NCBI GenBank assembly: GCA_000708835.1
Contig: DF236969.1
Location: 322,965-386,725 of the forward strand
Length of the DNA: 63,761 nt
Direction of reading: 5' to 3'
Source: Klebsormidium nitens
Lineage: Eukaryota; Plantae; Klebsormidiophyceae
Made by a program: the position numbers and the translations under genes. The notes beneath the pieces were generated by a model, which saw nothing but the letters and a program-made list of their open reading frames with translations, did no database searches and was not told the origin of the DNA. Positions 1-12,600 of the stretch are shown here, piece after piece. Position 1 is the stretch's first letter. Every line of letters starts with the position of its first letter.

Positions 1-203
1 TTTAATCTGAAGTGGCACAACTACTCACGCCGTGGAAGCTTCTTAGCCTTCTGTTCGCGGTGTGGTAGCCATACGTACTCGCAGGAGACGTGGAGGCGGC
101 CTCGATGGCGCCTTCGTTGTGCAACCAATGCAAGCGTTGACAATAATATTGGAGCCCTTCTCAATGGCTCCCTCCCCCCTCCTCGTACCACGCTGCCATT
201 TCC

Positions 204-3200
204 ATGGCTTCATGGAGCCTTGCAATGTGGCCCTCTTTATCAGCCGGCAAGCTGGGGCCAGCTGTTTCCTGGCGATATCCGGAAGCTCCAATCCCAGTTC
301 TCGTTCCATCTATCTCTCAGAGGACGCCCGTTCAAATTCCTAAGCGGTGTTTTGGCAATGATGGTCGTGCTTCCCTCTCGCAGGAGGGGAGGGGGTTCTG
401 GCGCCAGCGGCACTGGTCCGGCTTGCAGCGGGAACGCTTGGTTCAGTGTCGGCCTCGAGCCAGTGCTAGGTCTGCTGATTCTATTGGCTCAGCATCAGGG
501 TACCCTGATCAGTCAGCTAAGGACAGCCGAGAGCATGTTACTGTGAATGAACGCGCCTCCTTTCTGCACTTCAGACCGTTACCGTTTCCAGATTTGGAAG
601 GCTGGTTGGAGGGGTTGTCAGAAGGGTGGAGGACGACATTGTTAGTTGGTGGTTTTGCAACCCTGGCCGCTGTGGCTTGGTTCTGCAATCTGGCCGCAGC
701 GGGTTTGGTGGATGACACAGAGCCCCTCTTTATCGAAGCAGCCCGGCAGATGCTTCTCACCGGAGACTGGATCACTCCGCAATTCAATGCTCAACCGCGG
801 TTTGACAAGCCAGCCCTCATCTACTGGCTCGCAGCAGCTGGAGCAAGGGTGCTCGGAAGAAACAGAGCATGGGCATATCGGCTGCCCTCCACTGTCTGCG
901 CCTCGCTGCTCATGTGGGGTTTGGTAAAGGTTGTGCGCCAGTTTGGGCTTCCCTTTGCTTCAGAGCACGCTTTAACAGGCGGCCCCATCAGCAGAAAGAA
1001 GGGCTCCCTCGTCAGTTGCATTGTGGTCGCGTGCGCTTTTGCGCTGAGCACTGAGGTCGTCGTCTGGGGGAGCATTGGTGTCTCAGACATGCTGCTGACG
1101 TCCACCACCGGGGCCTGTTTGTTGGCGTTCTTCTACGGTTATGCCGGACAGCACCAGCGGGGATTTCGCTGGGGCTACCCTCTGTCGGCTATCTTCATGG
1201 CGCTCTCAGTCCTCAGCAAAGGCCCTGTTGGGGTGGTGGTACCCACTTTGGTGTGCGCCACTTTCTTGATGTATACAGGAGAGCTTCTGACAGTACTGCA
1301 AGAGCTGCCGCTGCTCAAGGGGGCGAGCATTGTGTTGGGATTGAATGCACCGTGGTATCTGACAATGGTTCAGAGGCACGGGCGCATGTACTGGGCGACA
1401 TTCTTTGGGTACCACAATCTGGAGCGCTTCACCAAGGGCGTAAACCACCACGATGGGATGCCATTCTGGTTTCCTTCCGCCGTCGTCCTTGCTGCACACC
1501 TGGTAAGGACTTAATGTTGAAGCCTTGGCATTTGTTGTTTCCGCATTCAATGTGTGCAGTGATTGACGCACCTGTGTGAACCATCTGACTGGTGCGCTAC
1601 TGGCTTTGATATTGGCAGCCTTTTTATGTTTCCATTCTGCAAGGTTGGATGCAATGAGAAGTTACATTTGGATCCAACTTTTGATGCTCTTGCAGCTTTC
1701 TCATGTGTTGCTCATGTGCTCCAGCTGTCTTTGCAAAGCGTGCACGTTCTTCCAGAGTCGCGTTGCAATCAAGTTTCTTTCAGAGTAGCTTTGCAATCAA
1801 GATGGCTTTCTGAACCTTTTCTCTGTTCCTGCATTACAGCCCTGGTCCCTCGCCGTCCCTGTGGCCCTCCTCCGCTCCCGTCTCCACTCCCACCGCTCCC
1901 TCTGGCTGGCCACTTCCCGCGAGGATCGCCTGGTACCCTTTGCCGCGTCCTGGTTCCTTGCGGTCTTCGCCTTCTTCTCGTCATCAGCATCCCAGCTGCC
2001 ATCCTACTACCTCCCCCTGAGCCCCGCCGTTGCGCTCTTGGCCGCGTCTCTACTGACTTGGCAAGAGAGGAGAGAAGACAAGCCGGAGGCTGAGGAGCAG
2101 GAAGGTGTGCCGCCAAATGTTGCAAGACTGACTGCGGCGAGTACGCTGGCCGCTTATGCGCTGCAGGCGGTGGCGCTGTCACAGCTGCCTGCGATGCTGG
2201 CCTCCTCAGCGGATGCAAAGGTGAGGCCAGCCTGTTTGCTCTGCGCTTCCTTCTTTCTGGTTCTGGTATCTGCAAACATGACCATTATCATCAAGTTATA
2301 GTTGGACCTTTTGTTCCGTGGATACTTGGTTTGTGAGTGTTCTTGGCCTCTGATTTGGTTGCTTCTGTTCAAACGAACTTGACTTCAGTGGAGCTGCTTT
2401 GTAATCATGTCTTTCAATGTCCGATGTTTTCCTTCAAGATGGCAGAGGCTGCGTGTTTGAATCATTCTTGAACCACAGGTTTGCATGGCTGTCGGAGGCG
2501 CTTTTGTTCTGACCCGGACATCTCCTGTGCAGGCCATCGAGATTGGGATCAGAATAGCAGCCCAGCATCTCCACTGGACCGGCACTGCCATCTTTGGTGC
2601 TGGCGCGCTCGCAGTCACCCGCACACACGAGTTTTCTGCCGTCACAAAACCCCTCCATTCAGAAGCCCACCAAAGCCCCTCCAGCGGACCCATTAAGCGC
2701 AAGCTGCGCCTTCCCCTGTGGGTAGTCCAGGCTGCCACGGGCACGATCTTCCTAGCAGCTTTCTTTACCCCAGCCTACGCACTATTTGACCGGGTGCGGC
2801 AGCAACCATTGCGCCAGCTGGCGGTAACGGCTGCCAGCTGTCAGCGTGAGGGCGAGCCGCTGTGCATGGTGGGCCCAAAGATGCCCTCTGTGGTCTTCTA
2901 TGCGCAGCGCCCAGTTGCATTCTTTGATGACATGAAGCAGGCGACATTTGCGCTGACAAACGAGGCTAAGGCTGGGTAAGCCAGTCTTTTCGTTTGATGA
3001 TGTTTGGGTGACCAAATGATGGGGTGTTGCACGTCCATACGCGAGAATGACGATTGTGGATCTACTTTGCTCTCCATCCGCCTTCGTTAATCCCAACCGT
3101 GTAGGTCTCCAATGACACGGTTGTTTCATATAAGGCGGAAAGTAAAACGGAAGTTTCGCTGACAGCACCCAATATACATGGGTGTCCATCTGATAGTAAC

Positions 3201-3638
3201 TTCTCGGACATTCTGCAATAAAAGGACAAAGCGTCAATCTTGTAGCTTAGTGTCCTCTGTCAGTTTCTTTTGCAGTCCTGTAACAGCGCCCGCTGGTTGC
3301 GGTCTGCTTATGAGGACCTCTGTTGTTCGTCTTTGCAATTGTTTACTTAGTTGACTTTGCGATTCTGTTCTGTTTCGGTGGAGAGAAGTTGTAAAAGTTA
3401 GTCATTGAGGGCGTTTGTTGTAGGGTGTTGAATGGCTAAAGCGGTCGACGACGTATCATTGTCCATTTAGCCAAAAGCTTGATCAATTGTCAGCAACTCT
3501 TCATTGGTCTTCCTCTACAGCGTCAAGTCCGCTCTGCTGCTGGGTGATGCTGCGGACATGGACGGCTCCCTCTTGGACGAGGCGGACGTTGCAAGCGCTG
3601 GCGGGTACGTCCTCAAGCGGATGTTTGTCCCGGAGTAG
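204..3638 (+). CDS. ArnT/GT83 (PMT_2)-family integral-membrane glycosyltransferase, cyanobacterial type, with N-terminal transit-peptide-like extension; 4 exons (204-1502, 1840-2220, 2479-2975, 3521-3638), 764 aa
   Basis: The motifs GLVDDTEPLFIEAARQMLLTGDWITPQFNAQPRFDKPALIYWL, SDMLLT, LSVLSKGPVGVV and HNLERF match ArnT-like enzymes. All three introns are GT-AG and join in frame. The start MASWSLA...LVQCRPRASA is Ser/Arg-rich. Confidence 0.85.
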
Positions 3639-4852
3639 GGGCCTCGGCTGCCCAGAAGAAGGGGGCAGATCCGGCGCAAGTGTTGGCAACACGCCAGGCT
3701 TGACTGTCATGTGAGGCGACTTTTCATGTAGTTTGTTTCAGTCATCTTTGAGAGGCTCCGGATTGATTTCTTGTGAACGATTGTTTAGTCAGTGTAGTTC
3801 ACAGATTCGAGATTCTCATATTCACGAACTGAGAGCCTCACGAACAACGCGGCAAGTTCTAAAGGCGTCTTTCTTGAAAGTAGGCGTCCTTCTTTCTTGA
3901 CGCTGTGCATTTTACTGCCGCTGTACATTATTCCGGCGTGGCTCTGGTTGTCTTTTCTCTTTTTATTGCCACAGTAGGCCAAGGCAGGGGGAAGAAATGG
4001 GTGTCTCAGTGATGATCAAAACATAGACCTGTTCTGACCTCCAATGAGGAATCAACATGCACCACTATCTGAGAGACACGCAATTCGAAACCCCTTTGTA
4101 CGAGCCTCTGTTCATGAGCAGGAGAGTTTGCATCATCCTGGCAGGAACAGTCTGCAAAGCATGGTCTTTCATGTCGGCTGGTGTCCCGAGCAACCCTGCT
4201 TGAGACTTTTTGCATGCTGTACTTTCAAAACTGGACGGTGCTTGTAATTTTTTGCGTTTTCGCTAGTTTCTAAGTATTGTTGGGCAGGGGCAGAGAGCAG
4301 CCTGTGATGTAAATTTAAATCCGAAAACATCTGAACACCATGATGTTACTTAATCACCATCTTTCGACTGAGGCTACGCTCTGCAATCGCCCCCGCGTTT
4401 TGTTTTCTCCTTATCTATCTCCACGTTTGTTGTGGCGCTTGCCCCTTACTTCTTCTTTTGCTGTTTTGATCAGGTTGATGTCTTCGGTTCATCTTTGCTG
4501 CTTTGCTGATCATCGATGGTGCTTCCTTCTTGGGTACTTTCACGATTGGCGGGGCATAGACCGATCTGGCGAGATTTCGTTTCAGTGCTTGCATCCAATC
4601 GAGTCCTGATTGTTGCTCGCCCATATGTTCTTTCCTAGTAGAGGAAGTTATTGCGCATCTCTGGCAGTTGTATTGCTATTTACGAGGACTGTGCATGACT
4701 GGCCTCGCCCTCAGATCATGTTATTTGCATGTTTGCAGGATATCAAGTATCTGTAGAGCGTATAATGAGGAGGCCCCGAGCATGTGTATAGTCAGTAGGT
4801 AGTGTATATAATTAGTATTTTAGATCCTATACTTGAAACCGTTGGATCCTGA

Positions 4853-4891
4853 AAAGTTGTACATATTATTATATATATATTGTACAACTTT
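4853..4891. repeat. 11-bp perfect inverted repeat (AAAGTTGTACA / TGTACAACTTT) around a 17-bp pure A/T spacer
   Basis: Read directly: arms at 4853-4863 and 4881-4891. Confidence 0.8.
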
Positions 4892-6539
4892 GCAAAGACT
4901 GAGCCTTAGTTTTCGCCAAGCTAATGAAGATACATGCGTATAGTTAATCGGAGCTGCTACTAATTGTAAATCGGACTGTGAAGCAGCTGTGTAATGGTTG
5001 GGAGTCGAAGCTTCTGCGGGAATTAGTGTCACGACTCACGACCTATTTGAAAAGAATCATTCTTATCAAGACAACAGGTTTTTACCGAATTGCACCCGGC
5101 TCTGCGGCCTGATCACTTCACTCAAGATCTGAGTCTAGCCCGCTCTCTAGCTTTACTTTTGCACAATTCATGGTGCGTCTGACTAATTGCATAGACACTT
5201 ACAGAGTGTAGTGTTCCCACCGTGACCATCATCCAAGTGTTGCACATGACGGACTGCATGTTGATGTCACGAAAGCTATAAGAAAGGGGTTCATTGCAAT
5301 CACTGTATAGTTTGTATACTTCATAATGGTGGTCACCTGCGGTGCTCTATCAGGTGCGGTCTCTTTATTCGATCTGGGATTTTCCACATATGTCGCACTG
5401 GGTATCAATGTCGTGATGCTGCCAAGCGCGAGAGCCTTAGGCTGCGCCTGGACATGTGCGAGGGCAGTAAGTTTGCTAAATGAGGCTCAGGCTTGCCAAG
5501 TTGTGAGCATGACATATAAGGAGTAGAGACATGTGCACTTGGCAAGTCAAGAAACGTACATATGGTGTTTGATGTTTTCGATCTTTTAAACGCCGTAGCC
5601 ACCCATGAGCCGTAGGTCGATCTCACATACGAATAATTGTAAGTACAACTTTCAGCTTGACATGTGTACCTAGCCTCAGTCTCACGCATTAACCCAAATC
5701 TGCCTTGTGGTGTACCTCATGGTACAGGCAAGTCGACGCTGCCTCGGTAAGTGGGGTATTTGAAAGAGCCAAAGCATCTCCTTGCTGCGACTGATTGCGA
5801 TCAAGTGCTAGAATGGACGTACTGCTGGCGAGAACTGCCGGCGGATCCATTCGTGTACAAACGACTAGACTGCGCAACCCTGGATCGATCGACTATCTTT
5901 GTTTTGCTGTAAGTCCGCATGATGTCCAACGCTAACAAGGCCATGAAGCCCATAGTAAATGCCCAAATCAACTGAAGCAGCTCCCGCACTCGGCAAGTCT
6001 GTCTAAAGTCGAAGTTCTCACGTAAAGCTAATATAGGAACAGTTCGAAGGTCCGTCACCCTTCAATTTTCTAAGAACGGTCGTATGCGGACTTCTACTAG
6101 CCTGCCTGATGCCTGCAACATGAATCTACTTGATCACTGGTGCACCTTCCACAGGAGATTGCCCCCCCAGCCCCAGAGCCTTAACTTAATCCGACTTGGC
6201 TATCTACTTCTAAGGGGGCGTCTTCCGGACTACTACCTGCAAAGTTCAAAATAAGCAAGCTCAAAGCAGCACGAGGGAAAGACACGACGTCATCAGGAGC
6301 GCTGATCAGACTGCCTTTCAAACTGCGCCAGCTCGTGGCAAGTCGCAGACGGTGAGAAGGTCGTCAAAAGCACGGAACAGCCACTCTGTGAAGCTTTACT
6401 GTCTTGCCAAGATTGCCTGAACACGCGGCTCATCAAGGATGATTGTAGTCGTCGTATACAGGCAAAGCGCCGAAGTAGACCAAGACCATCGACGATTCAG
6501 ATTGGAGGCAAGCACCTTTATTACCCCAGAACACATGCG

Positions 6540-8834
6540 CTAGAAACTGAACGTTTCCTTTCCGGTGAGCACCTACAGACGGAGTCCTGTTTTGCATTTT
6601 GACCAAGAGAACCAAGATCTCAATCAGCGAGAAATACGACCCTGAAAGCAAGGGTGTCAAAATCCAGTAAGGTACTGAACGGGAATTCCTGGATTGAGTA
6701 GGTGACTTACTCCTTCCTCGGGTAGAAAACCCCAGGTCGCCTTACCAAGGTAAGGAATCATGCATTGACGCAGCACGAGGAGGGGACTGAGGAACGGAGC
6801 AACCAAAGCGGGACATCCACGAGGCTCACCTTGCCCCGGTTGCTTTTGTCCCCAACAATCGTTTGGCATGCGAGCCTGTACGTGTCGGGCTTCTGCACGA
6901 AGAATAAAGGGTCGTTGCATATCTCTAGAACCGGACGCCTCAGCCGAACCACCATAGATCCGCGAAGGCGTCTGACCAAGGCTTACAGTGGCAAGTACAG
7001 ACGGAAAGCGTGATGCGCATCATGCTTACAATCGGGGGAACCCATCTCCTCACAAGGAAACAGAACGTTGTGCCACCAGATAGAACCTTGGAAGATTGCC
7101 TTACGGCACCTTGCAACCACGACTTTGTTCTTAGCATGCTGCTCAAGCTGTCCGAGCTAGAAAACGGCCCACACTCATCTACAAGAACTTCTGCTCAGAA
7201 AAGCATATCGACAACCAGCAGCAAGCGCCAACAGCGGAGGGGAATTGTTATTGGGACAAGCGCCAGTACCTTTTTCAGGTACTTGTACTCTGCGTCTGTC
7301 CGTTCACTCAACAACTCCGCACCCTCCAAAATCTCAACCTCGCAAGTTCCACAATTCCCTGCTCCCCCGCAATTCATCAACTTGCCCTGCATCAAATCAA
7401 AGAAAGCCCGCAATATGACGAGATCGGCCCGGCCCCACAGTGATCCTCATAAGAGGGAACACTGTCCCCTGACTCCATGTGACAAAACGTCCCACACTGC
7501 TCTACAGCCTATAACCTTAACTTCTTCATCGAGGACACTTAAAGTGTGACAACCGGAACTTGCAAACAAGCGAGCATGCGGGAAGCAGACCCCGAAAGTA
7601 GAAAAACCAGTTCTGTGTACACTATTGGTCGGGTTCACATAGGGGAGAGAACAAGAGCAGCGCAAGCTTCATTTGTACGACTTCCACAAAGCGGGGGCTT
7701 TGAGTACAACTCACATAGAGCTTGTACAACTCAATCTTGTTCTCCTGCATGAGGTTCCGGAGCACCTTGGTCCCGCTCACAGTCTTGGCGTAATCCACCT
7801 TGTCACCCTTGGTCTGCAGCCACATAGAGCGTCATGGTTTTCTTACACAGCCCACGATCGGTCTGAATCACTTTTGTCTAATCCACACATTGGATCCCTA
7901 CCGAGCACAAAAAAGGTAACAGCATTGCCCCCACATAACACTTCACCTTCTGGAAGGAAGCACCATCAAGAGCAAACGGACAACAGAACTGTTTGAGCCC
8001 TCTGCATGATCTCAAGCACCGGTCAAATCTCCAGAATTTTCCCTACTTGACTTGGAAGAGTGCTTACGGGCTGGAACTCCAGCTCAATGAACGGTGGACC
8101 ATCATCTTCTCCCTCCGTTTCCTTGACCGCTTCCGTAGATACAGGCGCTGGCTGCGCCTCATGCTCTACAGCTTGACATGCAACCCGCCTATTTGTAGTA
8201 GTGTTGAGCTTAGTTGACCGCAGGTCCAAGCAAGTCAGACGCCCCCAGTGGACATTTTCCCTTCGTGGACCTGCAAAAAGTGCATTAATGAACTTGGGCT
8301 GTCCCTGCTGCAAAAGCGAGATCTCTTCTCAACATCTGCAAAGTCTGGAAATTTACAAGTAAGAATCATAAAAACATGATGTAAACATAGATTCTCTCAA
8401 CAACCTGGAAATAGTTGAAGTCCGGTTTTGAGGTCGGAACGGGTCTCATATGAAAGTCAGAAGGGAAACGCCTCAGCGCCACTCATCGTAATTTTGGTTG
8501 AGCAATCAATCAGAAAAGGAGTGGGGGTGTAAAGCCCTTGGTTCCTGCCAGTTCAAACAATGTTCAAAGAAGCTGCACCCGCATGGCACTAGCATGTCTC
8601 TGCAGATCCTGATGCAAGCCGATGACCTGAAGCGTTCGTGACTTGATTTTGATAAAGCGACTTCCTTTTCTCTGTACCGCTCAGTGCCACTGCGAAGGCA
8701 GTCCTTTTGAACCTAAAGGTGAGTGGGCAAACACAAACAAAGAAGTTCCCTAAACGAGACACAAATTTCTGTCCGTAACATGGACAGTGGCAGCATTGCA
8801 GATTGCCAGGCTTGCTTACTTGCCTGGTTGCCAT
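6540..8834 (-). CDS. Plastid 2Fe-2S ferredoxin-like protein of the PnsB3/NDF4-like family; exons about 8834-8820, 8310-8068, 7813-7715, 7386-7270, 6892-6830 and an uncertain last exon (6572-6540)
   Basis: The spliced sequence PPFIELEF / [21 protein letters not shown] / [39 protein letters not shown] / [21 protein letters not shown] has the CxxxGxCxxC...C ferredoxin signature and matches the plant PnsB3-like family as recalled. First and last exons are tentative. Confidence 0.85.
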
Positions 8835-9685
8835 AGAGAGCTTTTGAGAGGCGCTACCATCGTCTTACTCGAACCTTCCATCTCCTGCAACACTCTTCCA
8901 GGATAGTTACAAGCCGCCTTGCTGTTACAGACCGGCAACAGGTGACAGGACATGGAAGCCATTTTCGTGGAAGCGGAGACCCCACGAGGAGTGCACTGGA
9001 TGCTAGGGGAAGATTCTTTTACAGGGCTTTTACATGTAACCCTGCAGATTGGTGGACTGGTACCAGTCGGCGCCCCACTTCTCCTTCAAACTAAAAGCTC
9101 GTTCAAAACTTTCTAAGTAAAAGAACAACCGTCAAAAGAATGCTCTTGTCATTGAGGCCTCAGGCTCAGGTTCTGGAAAACTCCGAATGAAGGCTGAAGG
9201 CTGAAGCTCTGGCTAAGACTTAAGAGTCAACACACAGTATTTTAGCCAACAGCGAGCTGCCACGTCGCTCGTGTCTGCTTTCCGATTGGTGCAAAATTTG
9301 GAGGATCCCTCTGCTCCGAAGTCTGTCTGCGACTGGATTTGGCGCGAGCAAGGCGCTGCGGCTGGGTATAGCCTAATTGATACCAGCCTGAGGGTAAGAT
9401 ACATTTGTCCGGAATCTGCCTGGGCGTTAGGCCCTCTGAATGTACATATGTAGCAGCTAGAACTGGCAAGAAAGACAAAGGTAACATACTGTAAGATCCA
9501 AGGAGGGAATGCAGCGCAAACGGGCCAGGGAGTAGGTAGAAGCTCGCCGTAAATGTGCCTTTGACTCAAGCACAGCCTGCAAGGAGTCATTGGAGAAAAC
9601 CGGCGTCGCATAATGTGATAGCCCTGTTCAAGACGAGTGGCCAAGCTTTCGTTGCGCGTTCTGATAAGAGTGATCCGCTTCATCC

Positions 9686-12600
9686 ATGGCGCTGGCGTTC
9701 AAAGACGCCGCTGTGGCTGAACAGGCTCTTTGCTTTGCCTCTCAGAAGACGGGGCTTCCAAATGGTGGTGAAATGCAGAAGTGCTCTTCATATATGAATG
9801 TCCCATGTCAAGCTGGACCAGCAACATGTGCTGGCATTGCAAAGCTGAGAGCGGTCAGAGAGGGCAGGTTTTTGAGTAGCGGCGAATTGGGACACAGACT
9901 ATTGAGGCCCCGGTGCCTTCCTGGAGGGCAATGTCTTCATATCGGGACTGGGCGAGGGAAGCGGTGTTGCTCACCGGCATTAAGAAGTGGTGCAATCAAG
10001 ATAGCAGCACCCGACGTCGCTGACATCATAACGGATGGTGCTGCGGAAGGCAGGGTGCTCGAGCCCCTTGTTGATCAAGCTGGGGGAAGAATGCAGGGAC
10101 TCAGTAGTGTAGCTGGATCATATGACATCGTGATCCTTACCAATGGGCCCGGGGAAGTGGCAGCCTGGGTGAAACCAGTGGTCAAGGCACTCAGAAGGGG
10201 ATTTGGAGAAGACAGAGAGAAGCTCAGGATCTCGGTAAGCCACATGATTCCATCTCTTATTCTATCAGGATCAACTGCCTTGCCTTGTTCCACAGGTTGC
10301 TTGAGAATTCAAATGCAAATGTGAGTCCAACGAGCTTGTGCCTAGGCTTGCATCAACATGATCTGCTTTCCTGCTTTCTTTATACAGAGTGCTGAACTTC
10401 TGGCGGAAGGACTGAGGTCCAAACATCAACCAGGTCAGCTCTGATGTACCGCAGTGTTGGTACATCAAAGACTGAGCTGCTATGCTGCTATTCTCACGTC
10501 TTGAACGCCTTATTGCAGGTTGTGCTCTCTCCTTGCCCCCACGCTTCTCAGCAAGAGGCTGCCCTAGTACGCTCGTTCCCAGAAGTTGACCGCTGCCAGG
10601 TAAAGTTGCTGCGCTTTCTATTTTTCAAGGCCAACTGTTGTCGAGATCTTAGCAACTTCTCTGCAGCAGTCTGCGTCTTCACATTTGATCATGCCAACCA
10701 GAATCAACCTTCTTGACCATTGTCTTGGCAACTTCATTGCGCACTTCCAGAGTCTATCCTGACAAAAGCACTGTCGATAAGAACCTGAGTCTTTCAGTAC
10801 AAAGAAGCGTTTTCTGGGGCAGCCTCTTTCTTTCTGCCAACAGATAGAAGCCCCCCTCCACAGGAAGCCCGGCACTTCACGTCGCTCTTGGTGTGGGGGC
10901 AGACTGCAGAGGGCTGGGACTGGCGCAAGAATGGGGTGTCCCTGTTCCTGGGAGGAGATCAGTTCAATGCGGTCAGTGTTTCGGCGACCCCCCAGCCTCT
11001 AAGCACCATCGAAGTTGCACGGGTGTAGTTTACTGACGGGTCTCAGTCTGCAGAATTACCTCATGTCACCTTAGAATATCACTCAACAAGTTACATGGTC
11101 TTATGAAGTACACTGCCTGTGGTGCTTCTTGTGGGATTTGTGGCGATTGTGTAGACTAGCCTGAAAGCCCTTGTTGAAAAGGTGAGTTTCCACAGACAGT
11201 TACAAGAATCTCTGTATTTTTCGCAGTTGGTGTTAGGCTGGCGACTTGGCTACAAGACGGTTCTATACGCTGAGGAGGCTGTTCGGTGGGCCTGGTGAGC
11301 CGAATGTCATACTCAACTCATACTTGATGCTTCAAGGCTTACTTTCGTATGTGTTTTCAAGCGCAGAATCTTTAGAAATTTTCCCTTGGCGCGGCACTTT
11401 CCGTCTTGGAACATCGATCTCTTGTGCCGTGCATTTGAATGTTGCTGATGTCAGATACCGCTAAAATTTGAAAGACAGCTACTTTTGTGCAGCTACTCCC
11501 TGTGGCGAGTCACAACGTCGGTCTCAATTCACGGTTGATGGAGCATAGAACTGATTCCAAACGAACTTCGTGTAACTGACTGTCTCGGTGCTTCTTTCAG
11601 GCTCGCCGACGCCTACTTCCTGCGCAACGCGTCTCTTCTAACTGGCGTCCCCTCCTTTGCGCAAAAGCGCTGCGAAATAGTAGGGGATCTCTTCGTAGAC
11701 GCGGTCAGTGAAGATAGAAAAGCCAGCTTCGGCGAGACCGTAGCCGCAGCTAACCTCAACACCCCCAAACAGAGTTTTAACACGAGTAGAGAAAGGCAAG
11801 CCGATGTGGAGCGTTCTTCTGCCGGCTCGAACGAAAGCACAAACGGGGCAGCGAATCTAGACCTAGAAACGGCGGTTCCTGGGACGAGGGACTTCAGCAC
11901 AGAGGACGCCGATCGTATTCGAAGTCACTCAGAGGCTGGCACACGGGAACAACTGAAGGGCCATTTTACGGTCGGGATTCTGCCCGGTTCGAAGCCAGCG
12001 AAGCTAGGGCTCGGGGTGCCGTACTTCCTGGCGGCTGTCGACCGGATACGTGCCGAGTGAGAACACAGATCCACCGGTTCTTTTGATTGTTCTCAACAGG
12101 ACGGGTTTCCTGAAGACTCATCTCTTCTATAAAAGCCCAGACTGGGCTGATCTGTCTGCACAACATGGCTTACAAATGACTGTAAAAACCTTTCGATTGT
12201 CAAGCTCATTCAACCAACCACAGAGGCAGGAGGACGGATACTACCTAGAACATTTCTTACTTAAGATTGAGGCTCGTTCGTCAAGATCCTCAGAATGCCA
12301 ATCGTTTTCGGGTGTCTATCAGCCGCCTGTCCTTTTCCGATCCGTAAATCCGCCGATAGTTAAAATTTTGCTTCTCCCTGTAGCCTTCCATTTCCAATCA
12401 CTATGCATCTTCCACCTTGACGTGCACACGTTACCCCTCGTTGCATATCCTTCAAACTCTTTTGAGTCTCGTCGGACAAGGCCGACGTTGAGGCATTACT
12501 TGAAACGTGCCTTTTGCCCGCAGATCTCCGGACGTCCGATTCGTACTGCCGCTAGCTCCCACGGTCAGCCTGGAAGAGCTGGCCGCGCAGGCCTGCCCGG

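Noticed and set aside
128-343. Out-of-frame upstream ORF overlapping the ArnT-like start
   Set aside because: The TSS is unknown and the peptide is unrecognisable, so it cannot be distinguished from chance.
4853-4891. Resemblance to lambda att core sites (CAACTTT/AAAGTTG)
   Set aside because: The arms are in the opposite order with a 17-bp spacer, and no integrase is nearby.
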